DNA of 63,839 bases, filler included, from Deltaproteobacteria bacterium (GTDB lineage: Bacteria; JAUYMQ01), in assembly GCA_030698575.1 (NCBI GenBank). It is 11 parts of 11 records of this genome, joined end to end, with 100 filler letters (N's around TTAATTAATTAA, not from the genome) between each part and the next. Parts side by side here need not be neighbours in the genome. Positions count along the whole stretch, not along the records: positions 1 to 6,832 come from JAUYMQ010000325.1; positions 6,933 to 18,435 come from JAUYMQ010000334.1; 9 more parts are not named here. The stretch is one strand, 5' to 3'. This document shows positions 1 to 10,667 of this stretch, piece after piece (position 1 is the first letter of the stretch; every line of letters starts with the position of its first letter). Under the pieces are notes generated by a model. That model had not been told where the DNA came from and searched no databases. It saw only the letters and a program-made list of their open reading frames with translations. The translations under genes were made by a program, and so were the position numbers.

Positions 1-57
1 CCGGGACGGATCCACGAGGTCATCCGCAACGTTCTGCTCAAGGGGAGGACCGCATGA
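1..57 (+). CDS. 3' end of probable 2-oxoacid:ferredoxin oxidoreductase alpha subunit (partial)
   Basis: Open frame PGRIHEVIRNVLLKGRTA* overlaps the ATG of the beta subunit (ATGA); identity inferred from context. Confidence 0.5.
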   Translation, partial: PGRIHEVIRNVLLKGRTA

Positions 58-1007
58 GGGGAAACAGCTGCTCGCTGCTTACGGCAGGACAGGACGAGGA
101 GCACGAGTACGGCCTGCAGGATTACGCCAGCGCCACGCCGCGATGGTGCCCAGGCTGCGGGGACCACGGCATTCTCACCGGCGTGCAGCGAGTGCTGGAG
201 GCCGAGCAGCTTCCGCCGGAACAGACCGTCTTCGTGTCGGGAATCGGCTGCGCGAGCCGGCTGCCGCATTACGTGAAGACCTACGGGTTCCACGGCATAC
301 ACGGCCGGGCGCTGCCGGTCGCGACCGGCATCAAGCTCCATCGCCCCGAACTGAATGTCTTCGTGGTCATGGGCGACGGCGACTGCTGTTCTATCGGCGC
401 CGGCCACTGGATCCACGCGATCCGGTACAATATCGACATGGTGGTCCTGTTGCTCGACAACGAGATCTACGGCCTCACCAAGAACCAGACGTCGCCCACG
501 ACGCCGCAGGGCTTCCCGAGCAACACCCAGCCGCGCGGAAGCTACCTGCCCCCCCTGAATCCGCTCGTGACGACTCTGGGCGTCAGCAACGCCTCCTTCG
601 TGGCCCAGACCGCCGATTGGGCGCCGGCCCATGTCTTCGAGGTCATCCGCGCGGCTTACCGGCACCCCGGCTTCGCCTTCGTCCGGATCCTTCAGCGCTG
701 CCCGCAATACACGACCGCGATCTTCGACTCGGCCGTCCGTGATCCGTCCCTCGTGGAGATGCTCGTCCACGAGAACGGAGTGATCGTTCCGGAGCTGCAA
801 GGCATCTACAAGAACCAGCGGCGGCACGATCCCTCAAACCTCGATCAGGCCCGCAGGCTTGCCGAGGATGTTGAACCTGTGCGCCTGGGAATCTTCTACC
901 GGAACGAGGACCGGCCACGGTACGAAGAGACGCGCCACGTGCCGCCGCACTCGGTCGAGGATCGCTTGAGGCTCCTCAACAAGGAGTTCGATCGCCATGC
1001 CCTTTGA
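54..1007 (+). CDS. 2-oxoacid:ferredoxin oxidoreductase beta subunit (KorB/PorB family, TPP-binding)
   Basis: WCPGCGD, SGIGC, HGIHGRALP, GDGD...N TPP motif, YGLTKNQTSPT. Confidence 0.92.
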   Translation: MRGNSCSLLTAGQDEEHEYGLQDYASATPRWCPGCGDHGILTGVQRVLEAEQLPPEQTVFVSGIGCASRLPHYVKTYGFHGIHGRALPVATGIKLHRPELNVFVVMGDGDCCSIGAGHWIHAIRYNIDMVVLLLDNEIYGLTKNQTSPTTPQGFPSNTQPRGSYLPPLNPLVTTLGVSNASFVAQTADWAPAHVFEVIRAAYRHPGFAFVRILQRCPQYTTAIFDSAVRDPSLVEMLVHENGVIVPELQGIYKNQRRHDPSNLDQARRLAEDVEPVRLGIFYRNEDRPRYEETRHVPPHSVEDRLRLLNKEFDRHAL

Positions 1008-2013
1008 CCCCGAGCGTCTCGATGCCGTCCGGGAAGCCCTGGGCGGGCTCTGGACTGACTACAGGTCGGCGGCCGCCGCCGCGGCGGACGAGGTTGAGGG
1101 AATGCTACGCGCGGCGCGGACTGCCGCGGAGGATGACCGGGGGCCGGCCTTCGCCGCGACGCTCGGGTACCTCGGGGCCGCGCACATCGACGTCGAATCG
1201 CTCGCGCCGCTGTTCGACGCCGAAGCGGCGCTCCCCCCGCCTGCGCTCAATGCAATGGAGGCGGCGGCCGCGGTGCTGCGCGAAATCGCCTGCGAGCCCG
1301 ATCCGACCCCGGTGGATCTGCCCCCCGGCGGCAGCCTGACAGACGCCGTCGGACACGCGCTGGCGCGTGTCGGGCGCGCCTTCGGCGCCGCCCATGTCGT
1401 GGCGCTCGCGCGCGCGGGGCGTTTCGACCGGAACGAGCACGGCCCCTGGCTCAAGGCCTATCCATTCTCCCGCTGGTCGCGGCGTGAGCGCCGGCTGGCG
1501 CCTCCGCTCCTGGTGACGCTCGAAGGAGCCGACCTGCGCGCCGGCGGCCTCACGGAATTTCTCGACGGCGCGATCAAACTTGTTCTGATCGTGCGAGACG
1601 ACGCGGCCCCCCCTGCCCCGCTCGTGCGTCTCGTCTCCCCGGGCGTGTATCTGGCGCAGACACACGACGGCGCCGCGCTCGCGCGGCTCGGCGGATGGTC
1701 CGGTCCCGGCGTGGTGGCATGGGTGCCCGAGGGCAGCGCCGCCTTTGTTCACGATCCCGCCGCGGGCCCGGCCCTCGGCGCGCGCATCCAGGTGATCTCC
1801 GAACCGCCGCCCCCCCGCCGCGGTCTCGGCGGACTCAGCGCCGCACAGCTGGCCGACGAGCTGCGCCAGCTCGAGGCGCTCGCGGGTACGGCAACGCTCG
1901 GCGAGCAGCCCGCCCCCTCCGGCACCGATAAAGAAAACCCCGTGGACCGGCTTGCCGCATGGATCCTGAGCCAAGCAAGCGCGGACGACGCCGCGGCACA
2001 GGCCGAACCATGA
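997..2013 (+). CDS. Hypothetical protein in the OFOR/PFOR-RnfB cluster
   Basis: 338-aa ORF overlapping both neighbours; host-like codon usage; no recognisable motif. Confidence 0.7.
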   Translation: MPFDPERLDAVREALGGLWTDYRSAAAAAADEVEGMLRAARTAAEDDRGPAFAATLGYLGAAHIDVESLAPLFDAEAALPPPALNAMEAAAAVLREIACEPDPTPVDLPPGGSLTDAVGHALARVGRAFGAAHVVALARAGRFDRNEHGPWLKAYPFSRWSRRERRLAPPLLVTLEGADLRAGGLTEFLDGAIKLVLIVRDDAAPPAPLVRLVSPGVYLAQTHDGAALARLGGWSGPGVVAWVPEGSAAFVHDPAAGPALGARIQVISEPPPPRRGLGGLSAAQLADELRQLEALAGTATLGEQPAPSGTDKENPVDRLAAWILSQASADDAAAQAEP

Positions 2014-2858
2014 ACCCCGGCGACTTCTTGCTCTCCGCTGGTATCCTGGGCGGAGTGGGGCTGGGGTTTGCCCTCCTGATCGCCCTTGCACACCGCCGGT
2101 TCTACGTCTGGGAGGATCCCCGGCTCGAGGCCGTGTCGCAGATGCTGCCGGGCAACAACTGCGGCGCATGCGGGTTCCCCGGGTGCCGCGGGTTCGCCGA
2201 GGAACTGGTGACGGGGAAGACGAGCCCGGCGACCTGTACAGTCATGAGTGCCGACCAGCGCGAGGAGGTTGCGGAATTAATGGGCGTCGAGGTCGGCACG
2301 GCGGCCTTGCGGGTGGCGCGGCTGCTCTGCGCCGGCGGGCGGGACGAGGCGGTCCGCCGCGCCGAATATGTGGGCCTCCAGACCTGCGCCGCCGCGGCGG
2401 CCGTGTCGGCGGGCGGGAGGGGGTGCACCTGGGGCTGCCTGGGCCTGGGCGATTGCGCGCGGGTTTGCATCTTCGACGCAATCTGGATGAGCGACAACGG
2501 GCTCCCGGTCGTGGAGCCGGAGCTCTGCACGGCCTGCGGCGATTGCGTGGAGGCGTGCCCGAAAGATCTATTCATCCTGATGCCGGCAGAGCAGAACCTG
2601 CTGGTGCAGTGCCGGAACCTGCTGGATGGGGAGCCGGCCACCGACGTCTGCCGGGTCGCCTGCAACACCTGCCGGCGCTGCGAGGCGGACGCCCCGGGGC
2701 TCATCACGATTCGCGATGGCCTCGCGGTGATCGATTACGATCGTTACGATCTGGCGAGCCCCGCCGCGGCGGCCCGCTGCCCGACGGGGGCCATCGTGTG
2801 GCTCGAGGGCCGGCAGTTCCCCGAGGCTTCAATACAGCTGGAGAAGGCGGCATCATGA
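2010..2858 (+). CDS. rnfB: RnfB/RsxB-like membrane-anchored polyferredoxin
   Basis: N-terminal TM, LPGNNCGACGFPGC FeS domain, GCLGLGDCARVC and CTACGDCVEAC 4Fe-4S motifs; ATG at 2010 overlaps the upstream stop. Confidence 0.85.
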   Translation: MNPGDFLLSAGILGGVGLGFALLIALAHRRFYVWEDPRLEAVSQMLPGNNCGACGFPGCRGFAEELVTGKTSPATCTVMSADQREEVAELMGVEVGTAALRVARLLCAGGRDEAVRRAEYVGLQTCAAAAAVSAGGRGCTWGCLGLGDCARVCIFDAIWMSDNGLPVVEPELCTACGDCVEACPKDLFILMPAEQNLLVQCRNLLDGEPATDVCRVACNTCRRCEADAPGLITIRDGLAVIDYDRYDLASPAAAARCPTGAIVWLEGRQFPEASIQLEKAAS

Positions 2859-5800
2859 AGTTCGGACGGCTAAAGAGCGAGTCTGCGGCGCCCCCCCGCT
2901 TCCCGGGCGTACCGTCGGCGGTCGACGGCAGCGAGGCCGTCGTCGCGATGGAGACGGCCGCGAGCGAAGCGGCGGGCGCGTACCCGATCACGCCCTCGAC
3001 CCAGATGGGCGAAGGCTGGGCCGCCGCCGTCGCCCAGGGCAAGCTGAACGTCAATGGGAGGCGGCTCCTCTTCTTCGAGCCGGAGGGAGAGCACGCCGCC
3101 GCGGCCGTTACGGCCGGCATGAGCATGGTGGGACTCCGGGCGACGAATTTCTCGAGCGGTCAGGGCATTGCCTACATGCACGAGTCGCTCTATGCGGCGG
3201 TGGGCAAGCGCCTCACCTACGTGCTGAACGTCGCCTGCAGGGCCATGACCAAGCACGCGCTGAACGTCCACGCCGGCCATGACGATTACCACGCCGTGGA
3301 CGATACGGGGTTCTTCCAGCTCTTCGCGAAGAACGTGCAGGAGATCGCCGATCTCAACCTCATCGCCCACCGCGTGGCCGAACTGTCGCTCAATCCCGGA
3401 ATATGCGCGCAGGACGGATTCCTGACGAGCCACGTGATCGAGTCGATCGTCCTGCCGGAGCCCGATCTCGTCAAGGCCTTCCTCGGAGATCCCGCCGACC
3501 TGATCGACTCGCCGACTTCGTCCCAGAAGATGGTTTTCGGCGCGAGGCGCCGCCGCATTCCCGAGATGTTCGATCTCGACTATCCGGCGATGCTGGGGGT
3601 GGTCCAGAACCAGGACAGTTATGCCCAGGGCGTCGCGGCCCAGCGGCCCTTCTACTTCGATCACATCGTCGAGCTGACAGAACGTGCTTTCGACGAGTAC
3701 GCCGCGCTCACCGGCCGCCGCTACACCCGCGCCAGCGGCTACCGGATCGAGGACGCCGAGTACGTCATTGTGGGGCAGGGCTCTATCGTCTGGAACGCGG
3801 AAGCCGTCTGCGACTACCTGCGCGATACCAAAAAGCTGCGCGTCGGCGTCGTAAACCTGACGATGTTCCGGCCCTTCCCCAGCGATCTCCTGGCGTCCCT
3901 GTTGCGCGGGAAGAAAGCCGTCACGGTGCTGGAGCGCGTGGATCAGCCGCTCGCGGCCGACGCGCCGCTGCTCAGGGAGATCCGGGTCGCGCTCGCGAAG
4001 GCGGTCGAGAACGGGCGGGCCCGGGGCACCGTGCCCCACGCCGGGGTACCGCCACTCCGGTCCGAGGAAGTGCCCGATTTCTACTCCGGCTGCTTCGGCC
4101 TCGGCAGCCGTGACGTCCAGGCCGGTGAGCTGGTCGCCGCGGTGGAAAACATGCTCCCCGGGGGCAAGCAGCGGCGCCAGTTCTACCTGGGCATCGACTT
4201 CGTGCGGCCGGGCACGCAACTGCCCAAGCTCGAGATCTGGCAGCAAGAGCTGCTGGCCGCCTACCCGCACCTGCCCGACCTTTCGATTCACGCCGGCGAG
4301 GACGTCAATCTGCTCCCGAAGAGATCGGTGGCGATCCGAATCCATTCGGTCGGCGGCTGGGGCGCGATCACGATGGGCAAGAACCTCGCCCTCACCGCCT
4401 CGGAGCTGCTCGGACTGCACATCAAGGCCAATCCGAAGTACGGATCGGAGAAGAAGGGCCAGCCCACCACCTTCTACGCCACGCTGGCGCCCGAGGCGAT
4501 CCGCATCAACGCCGAACTGCGCCACGTCGACGTCGTGCTCTCGCCCGATCCCAACGTCTTCCGCCACTCCGACCCGATTGCCGGCCTGGCGGACGGTGGC
4601 GTCTTTGTGCTTCAGAGCGAACGGGGCCCGGAGGAAGTGTGGAAGAACCTACCCCCGGCGACGCAAAGGCAGATCCGGGCGCGAAACATCCGCATCTTCA
4701 TGATCGACGGCTTCAAGATCGCCGCCGCGGAGGCCTCCGAGGCCGAGCACCGGTTCCGGATGCAGGGCGCGGCTTTCATGGGGGCCTTCTTCCGCGCCTC
4801 TCCACTGCTTGACGGGAGCGGGCTCGACGAGGCCCGGCTCTTCGAGGGCATCCGGAAACAGCTCGCGAAGAAATTCGGGCGCCTGGGCGAGCGGGTGGTG
4901 GAGGACAACCTCCGGGTCATCCGCCGCGGATACGAGGAATTGCAGGAGGTGGACTACGCCGCGCTGCCCGACAGCCGGGCCGAGCTGGGCTCGTTGCCCG
5001 TGATGCCCACGGAGCTCGACGCCAGCCACATGGCCCCGGGCATCGGGAACGCCGGACGGTTCTGGGAGCAGGTCGGGTTTCTCTACCGGACCGGCGAGGA
5101 CGGCATTGCCGATCCCTTCGCCGCGATCAGCGCCATCCCGGCCGCGACCAGCACGATCCGCGACATGACCGACATGCGGTTCGAGGTGCCGGAGTTCATC
5201 GCGGAGAATTGCACCGGCTGCGGACGTTGCTGGGTGCAGTGCCCCGACGCCGCCATCCCGGGGCTCGTGAACAGCATCGAGCAGCTTCTGGAGGCCGCCG
5301 TGGCGCAGCACGCCGACGGGAGGACCTTCGAGCGGATCCGCCCCGTGCTCCGGCCCCTCGCGCGCGAGGCCCAGCGCCTGCTGGCGGGGCCCACACGAAA
5401 CATCCCCGCGGCGCTCAGCGAGGCCTACACGGGCGTCGTGGAGCGCATGGGGATGGATCCCGAACGCCGCGCCGCCACCGACGCCGAGTTCGCGGTGATC
5501 CACGCCGCACTCGCCGATTTCCCGCTCGCCAAGACCGGGCCTTTCTTCGAGGTGCCGGAATCGAAGGAGAAGGGGAGCGGCGGCCTGCTCTCGATCACCG
5601 TCAACCCGGAGGCATGCAAGGGGTGCAACATCTGCGTCGAGGTCTGTCCCGACGGCGCGCTGATCACGGTCAAGCAGGACGAGGCGATCGTCGATCGGCT
5701 GCGGACCAACTGGGCCCTCTGGGAGCGCCTGCCCGACACTGACGACCGTTACGTGAATGTGCTGGACCTGGAGGAGGGCATCGGGGTTCTCAGCTCACTC

Positions 5801-6832
5801 CTCCTTAAGAAGGAAAGCTATCGCTCGATGTTCGGTGGCGACGCGGCGTGCATGGGCTGCGGCGAGAAGACGGCCATTCACCTCGTCTTCTCGGCGGTGA
5901 ACGCGCTCATGGGCCCGCGCGTGGCCCGTCAAGTGGTGCATCTCGATGATCTGATTGCCCGGCTGGACCGCAACGCCCGCGAGCTGCTCTCGGCCGACGC
6001 CGATCTCGAGAACCTCGATCAGCTCGACCTCGACAAGGCTGCCGTTCCGCTCGCGCCGGAGAAACGGGCGAAGGTCGACCAGCTGGCGCGGATGCTCCAC
6101 GACCTGAAGGATCTTCACTGGCGCTACATCGAGGGGCCCAGCGGCAAGGGGCGGGCGACGCTGGCCATCGCCAACTCGACGGGCTGCTCGTCGGTCTGGG
6201 GAAGCACCTATCCCTACAACCCCTACCCGTTCCCGTGGGTCAATCACCTGTTTCAGGACGCGCCCTCGATCGCCATCGGCATCTTCGAAGGGCAGATGCG
6301 GAAGATGGCCGACGGATTCATCGCGGTCCGCCGGGCTGAGCTGGAGCTGGCGGGCGAGTATGACCCCGAGGAGCACGAGCCGTTCTTCGAACGCTTCGAC
6401 TGGAGGCAGTTCACCGACGATGAGTTCGGCCTGTGTCCGCCGATCTTCGCGGTGGGGGGCGACGGTGCGATGCTCGACATCGGGTTCCAGAATCTCTCGC
6501 GCCTGCTGGCCTCGGGCAAGCCGATCCGGGTGGTTGTGCTCGACACGCAGGTGTATTCGAACACCGGCGGGCAGGCCTGCACGAGCGGATTCACCGGGCA
6601 GGTGTCGGACATGGCGGCCTGGGGCAATGCCCAGCACGGCAAGGAGGAGACCCGCAAAGAGCTCGCGCTGCTGGTCATGGCGCACCGGAACGCCTACGTC
6701 CTGCAGGGTTCGCAGGCCAACCCCTCCCATCTGCTGGCGGGCGTCATCCGCGGCCTCAAGGCGCGGCGCCCGGCGGTTTTCTCGCTCCACTGCCCCTGTC
6801 CGCCCGAGCATGGGCTGGCCGACGACGCGGCC
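2855..6832 (+). CDS. Homodimeric-type pyruvate:ferredoxin oxidoreductase (NifJ/PFOR-like, long form), 3'-truncated
   Basis: AYPITPST, KYGSEKKG, two CxxCxxCxxxC motifs, ACMGCGE, STGCSSVWG, GGDGAMLDIG, DTQVYSNTGGQ; likely start ATG 2855. Confidence 0.92.
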
Positions 6833-6932
6833 NNNNNNNNNNNNNNNNNNNNNNNNNNNNNNNNNNNNNNNNNNNNTTAATTAATTAANNNNNNNNNNNN
6901 NNNNNNNNNNNNNNNNNNNNNNNNNNNNNNNN
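6833..6932. other. Artificial contig linker N44-TTAATTAATTAA-N44 (also at 18436, 22342, 32733, 37196, 41494, 45750, 52807, 57556, 60991)
   Basis: Identical 100-nt spacer with six-frame stops occurring ten times. Confidence 0.99.
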
Positions 6933-7329
6933 CATGGCGACCCTGGCCGGAGGGGGGAACTCCAATGAGCTCAGACTCACTCGCAGGCAACGCCAGGTGC
7001 TACGACTCTACGCCGAGGGGAAGGGGTCCGGTGCGATCGCGACTCAACTGCGCGTCAGCATCAAGACCGTCGAAACCCACAGGCAGATCGTCAGTAAAAA
7101 ACTCGGCTTGAAGGGCATCACCGAGTTTACGCGCTATGCGCTGCGCGAGGGGATGGCTTCCCCCTATGGCCGGCTTCATTCAGGCGCTGTCGGCTCGCGC
7201 CTCTCGGCGTCGGTACTGCGCGAGTCTACGCGCGGCGTCTTTGCCCCCCCGCCCAGCCACCCCTTGCGCCGGAAGTACCAGAGAAGCCCGCCGGCCGTGG
7301 CGGCCATCACCAGCAGCACGAAGGGATAA
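6933..7329 (+). CDS. LuxR/NarL-type HTH regulator, C-terminal part (probably 5'-truncated)
   Basis: LTRRQRQVLRLYAEG...IATQLRVSIKTVETHR...KKLG...RYALREG; tail overlaps the corA 3' end. Confidence 0.75.
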
Positions 7330-8345
7330 CCCCAGTACCAGTCCAGCTCCGGCATGTTCAGGGGCGAGCGCTTGGTGTTGAAGTTCATGCCGTAGAGGCT
7401 CGCGATGAAGCTCAACGGAATGAAGATCGCGGCAAAGATGGTCAGCACCTTCATCACCTGGTTCATCTGATTGTTGATGCTCGACAGGTAGTCCTCCATC
7501 AATCCCGAGCTGAGTTCCCGGTAGATCTCCAGAATGTCAATTACGTGAACGGTGTGATCGTAGCAGTCGCGAAGGTAGACGCGCGTTGAGTCGGTGATGT
7601 GGGGAATGGGGTCGCGCAGAAGGGAGTTGAGCATTTCGCGGAGGGGCCAGGTTGAGCGCCGGAGCATCAGGAGGTTGCGGCGGATCTCCCGGATGCGAAA
7701 GATAATCTCGTTGTCGGGTTTATGGATCACCTCGTCCTCGAGCGTTTCGATCCGCTCGCCGTACCCCTCCAGGACCGGAAAGTATCCGTCCACGACCGCG
7801 TCGAGGAGCGAGTAGAGCAGGTAGTCCGCCTTCTCCTCGCGGATGCGGGCCCTGGAGGTGCGGATTCGGTCACGCACAAGTTCGAAGGCGGGCTCGCCGC
7901 TTCGCTCGTGAAATGACAGCACGAAATCCGCTCCGAGGAAGAAGCTTACCTGTTCGGTGTGGAGATCCTGATCGAGGGAGGCAGCCTGCGCGACCACGAA
8001 CTGGAGCCCGTCGTACTGCTCGACCTTGGCGCGCTGGTGGACGTTGACCACGTCCTCGAGCGCGAGGCGGTGGATGTCGAAAATCTCCGCCAGCTCCTCG
8101 ATCACCGTGGCGTCGCCGAGTCCCTCCACGCTGATCCAGGTGACCGGCCAGTGGCCCAGGTACTCTCTTGCGTCTTCCGGCGAAATTCCCTCGCGCTCGA
8201 CGATGCGATCGGGACCGTAGGCCATCACCCTGAGGACGGGCTTTGGCGCGGCCGGGTCGACGAGCAGTGTTCCGGGTGAGGTACCGGGCTTCGTGCGAGT
8301 GCGGAGCCCGACATGGCGGTGTCGCCGCTTGTGGCGCCTGCTCAT
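7176..8345 (-). CDS. corA: Magnesium/cobalt transporter CorA
   Basis: IHRLALEDV, YLRDCYDH, MNQVMKVLT, YGMNF...MPEL signature. Confidence 0.96.
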   Translation of the reverse strand: MSRRHKRRHRHVGLRTRTKPGTSPGTLLVDPAAPKPVLRVMAYGPDRIVEREGISPEDAREYLGHWPVTWISVEGLGDATVIEELAEIFDIHRLALEDVVNVHQRAKVEQYDGLQFVVAQAASLDQDLHTEQVSFFLGADFVLSFHERSGEPAFELVRDRIRTSRARIREEKADYLLYSLLDAVVDGYFPVLEGYGERIETLEDEVIHKPDNEIIFRIREIRRNLLMLRRSTWPLREMLNSLLRDPIPHITDSTRVYLRDCYDHTVHVIDILEIYRELSSGLMEDYLSSINNQMNQVMKVLTIFAAIFIPLSFIASLYGMNFNTKRSPLNMPELDWYWGYPFVLLVMAATAGGLLWYFRRKGWLGGGAKTPRVDSRSTDAERREPTAPE

Positions 8346-8394
8346 GAGCCCACCCTCGCTGGAATGCGGATGAAGCAGAGAGGGCGCCGCGCGC

Positions 8395-8868
8395 TCAGGC
8401 GGCGCCTTTCTTCTTCGGGCTGTTCGTGTGGGGGCGATCGGCGCGGCCCAGCTCGGCCATGAAGTGCAGGAGATCGGTCTCGGTAATCATACCCATCAGA
8501 TGGTTGTCGTCCACGACGGGGAGGCATCCGATCTTCTCGTCGGCCATGATCTCGGCCGCTTCCTGGATGCTCGTCTCTGGCGTGATCGTGATAACATCGC
8601 ACGTCATGATCTCGTGAAGCTTGATGGATGTGAGGAAGGCCCGCTTCTCGCCGAGGCCCACGTTGGAGATGGAGGAGAGGCTGGCGCGCAGGAGATCGCG
8701 CTGGCTCACGATGCCAACCAGCTCCCCCGCCTTCACGACGGGAAGATGGCGCACCTGGCCCAGCGCCATGATGTCGTCCACGGTGTCGAGTCGCTCGTCG
8801 GCGCTCACCGACACGAGCTTCGGGTTCAGGATCGACTTCACGGGCGCTTTCAGGCTATCGCTTCGCAT
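8395..8868 (-). CDS. CBS-domain pair protein (AcuB-like)
   Basis: VRHLPVV...GIVSQRDL and IGCLPVV...GMITETDL. Confidence 0.88.
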   Translation of the reverse strand: MRSDSLKAPVKSILNPKLVSVSADERLDTVDDIMALGQVRHLPVVKAGELVGIVSQRDLLRASLSSISNVGLGEKRAFLTSIKLHEIMTCDVITITPETSIQEAAEIMADEKIGCLPVVDDNHLMGMITETDLLHFMAELGRADRPHTNSPKKKGAA

Positions 8869-9027
8869 CGAGGCTCCGTCATGGTCACGCGTCGGGGGGC
8901 ATGCTCCGGGCACGGTTGATTTCCGGAGGGTGCAGGCCCCTAGCGGATCCTTTCTACTCGATCCGCCGAAGCGGGGTCAAACGGTTAAATTCGGCCGTCC
9001 CACGGGGCTGGCAAGAACCGCTGCCCG

Positions 9028-9092
9028 GAGATTGCTTCGTCGGGCTTCCGGCCCGCGCTTCGCACGGGCCCTCGGCCCTCCTCGCAATGACA
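9028..9092. repeat. REP-like palindromic repeat copy (GATTGCTTCG...CTCGCAATGAC)
   Basis: Same terminal motifs as copies at 28664, 37429-37597, 41727 and 47435-47652. Confidence 0.85.
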
Positions 9093-9118
9093 GCCGTGGG
9101 AAGGGGGTGCGAGAATAG

Positions 9119-10231
9119 ATGATATTCGGCGCTATTCTGCTTGCGATCGTATTCCTGATCTGGACCTGGCTCGTCATCGGCGTTCTGCACGAGGGCGATC
9201 GGTTCCGGCTGCGGTCGCCGCCCCCCGAGGCAGGAAAAGGCCCGAAGCCCCCTCGGATCTCGGTGATCGTTCCCGCGCGCAACGAGGCCCATCAGATCGC
9301 CGTCTGCATTGCTTCCCTTCGCGGGCAGACCATTTTGCCGCGCGAGGTCATCGTCGTGGACGACTGCTCGACGGACGGCACCGGCGCCGTCCTGCGCGGG
9401 CTGCCTGAAGACGGTGTGCCCGTGACGGTTGTCGATGGCGCCGCTCCGCCGGCGGGCTGGCTCGGCAAGGCGCACGCGCTTCACCAGGGCGCTGCCCGGG
9501 CCACGGGCGAGTGGCTCCTCTTCACCGACGCGGACACGATCCACGCACCGGAAACACTCGCCGCGGCGCTTGCCCACGCCGGCGGCAGCAACGCTGCGCT
9601 CGTTTCGCTCACCGGCGACCAGCGCGCCGAGAGTTCCTGGGAGCGCATCGTCCAGCCGCTGGTCTTCCGGCTCCTCGATGCCCTCTACCCGCTCGCGGGC
9701 GCGAACGGCCCCGATGCCGGCAGGGTCGCTGCGAACGGCATCTACATGCTGATACGTCGTGACGCCTACGATGATATCGGGGGCCACGAAGCGTTCCGCG
9801 GCGCGGTTCTCGAGGACGTCGCCATGGCGCGCGCGTTGAGAGAGAGGGGGCATCCCACGGCGTTCCTGCGGGGCGATGAGCTGCTGCAGGTCCGGATGTA
9901 CAGGGAGTTTCGCGAAATCTGGGAAGGCTGGACCAAGAACCTCTGGTTCCTGCTGGGCGAGAACGCTGCGCGCGCGCGGATGGTGGCCGCCCTGGTGCTC
10001 CTCGCAGGGTTCCTGCCCGGCGCTATGCTATGGTATGGCGGCGCAACGGGGGGGCTCGCCGCCATCACGGCGGTCGGCGCCGAAGCCTGGTTCCGGCGGG
10101 GTCGCAAGCCTCTCTGGGCGCTCACGCTTCCGCTTGGAGCGCTGCTGCTGGCGGCGATGATTGGCGAATCCGCACGGCGCCACCTCGAGGGCAGGGAGTT
10201 CTCATGGAAGGGCAGAACCTACCCGTCATGA
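9119..10231 (+). CDS. Membrane GT2 glycosyltransferase (CrtQ/HpnB-like)
   Basis: VIVPARNE, VDDCSTDGT, GWLGK, FTDAD, ANG, LEDV, RMY...W.GW.KN, WKGRTY. Confidence 0.88.
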   Translation: MIFGAILLAIVFLIWTWLVIGVLHEGDRFRLRSPPPEAGKGPKPPRISVIVPARNEAHQIAVCIASLRGQTILPREVIVVDDCSTDGTGAVLRGLPEDGVPVTVVDGAAPPAGWLGKAHALHQGAARATGEWLLFTDADTIHAPETLAAALAHAGGSNAALVSLTGDQRAESSWERIVQPLVFRLLDALYPLAGANGPDAGRVAANGIYMLIRRDAYDDIGGHEAFRGAVLEDVAMARALRERGHPTAFLRGDELLQVRMYREFREIWEGWTKNLWFLLGENAARARMVAALVLLAGFLPGAMLWYGGATGGLAAITAVGAEAWFRRGRKPLWALTLPLGALLLAAMIGESARRHLEGREFSWKGRTYPS

Positions 10232-10665
10232 CGATGACCCGCCGCGCGGCCTTCAGCGCGGCTCATCGCTATCACAACCCCGCCTGGGACGCCGCGCGCA
10301 ACGATGCCGCGTTCGGCGACTGCACCCGTGTTCACGGCCATAACTACGTGCTCGAGGCGAGTGTCACCGGTCCGGTGGATCCGCGCACGGGCATGCTCAT
10401 GAGCATTGCCGATTTGAAGAATATCCTGGCGGAAGAGGTCGGCGGGGTCTTCGATCACCGGCAGCTCGAGGTGGAGGTGCCCGAACTGCGCGGCAGAATC
10501 CCGACCTCCGAGAACGTCGTCCACTCCCTCTGGGGCCGCATAGCGCCCCGTGTGGCCGGGACCGGGGAGGGGTGCTACCGCCTCTCGCGCCTGCGCCTCT
10601 TCGAGACCGAGTCGTTCTTCGTCGAGATCGGTGACGAGGATTCGCCCGGGGGGAGGAACGGTTGA
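10228..10665 (+). CDS. queD: 6-carboxytetrahydropterin synthase / PTPS family protein (CxxxHGH motif)
   Basis: FSAAH, CTRVHGHNY, FDH, PTSEN, ETES. Confidence 0.8.
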   Translation: MTMTRRAAFSAAHRYHNPAWDAARNDAAFGDCTRVHGHNYVLEASVTGPVDPRTGMLMSIADLKNILAEEVGGVFDHRQLEVEVPELRGRIPTSENVVHSLWGRIAPRVAGTGEGCYRLSRLRLFETESFFVEIGDEDSPGGRNG

Positions 10666-10667
10666 TC

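Noticed and set aside
2168-2854. N-terminal extension of the 1570-aa PFOR ORF
   Set aside because: Alternative frame of rnfB; the likely start is ATG 2855.
6833-6932. Recurrent TTAATTAATTAA flanked by N runs
   Set aside because: Artificial linker; adjacency across linkers has no biological meaning.
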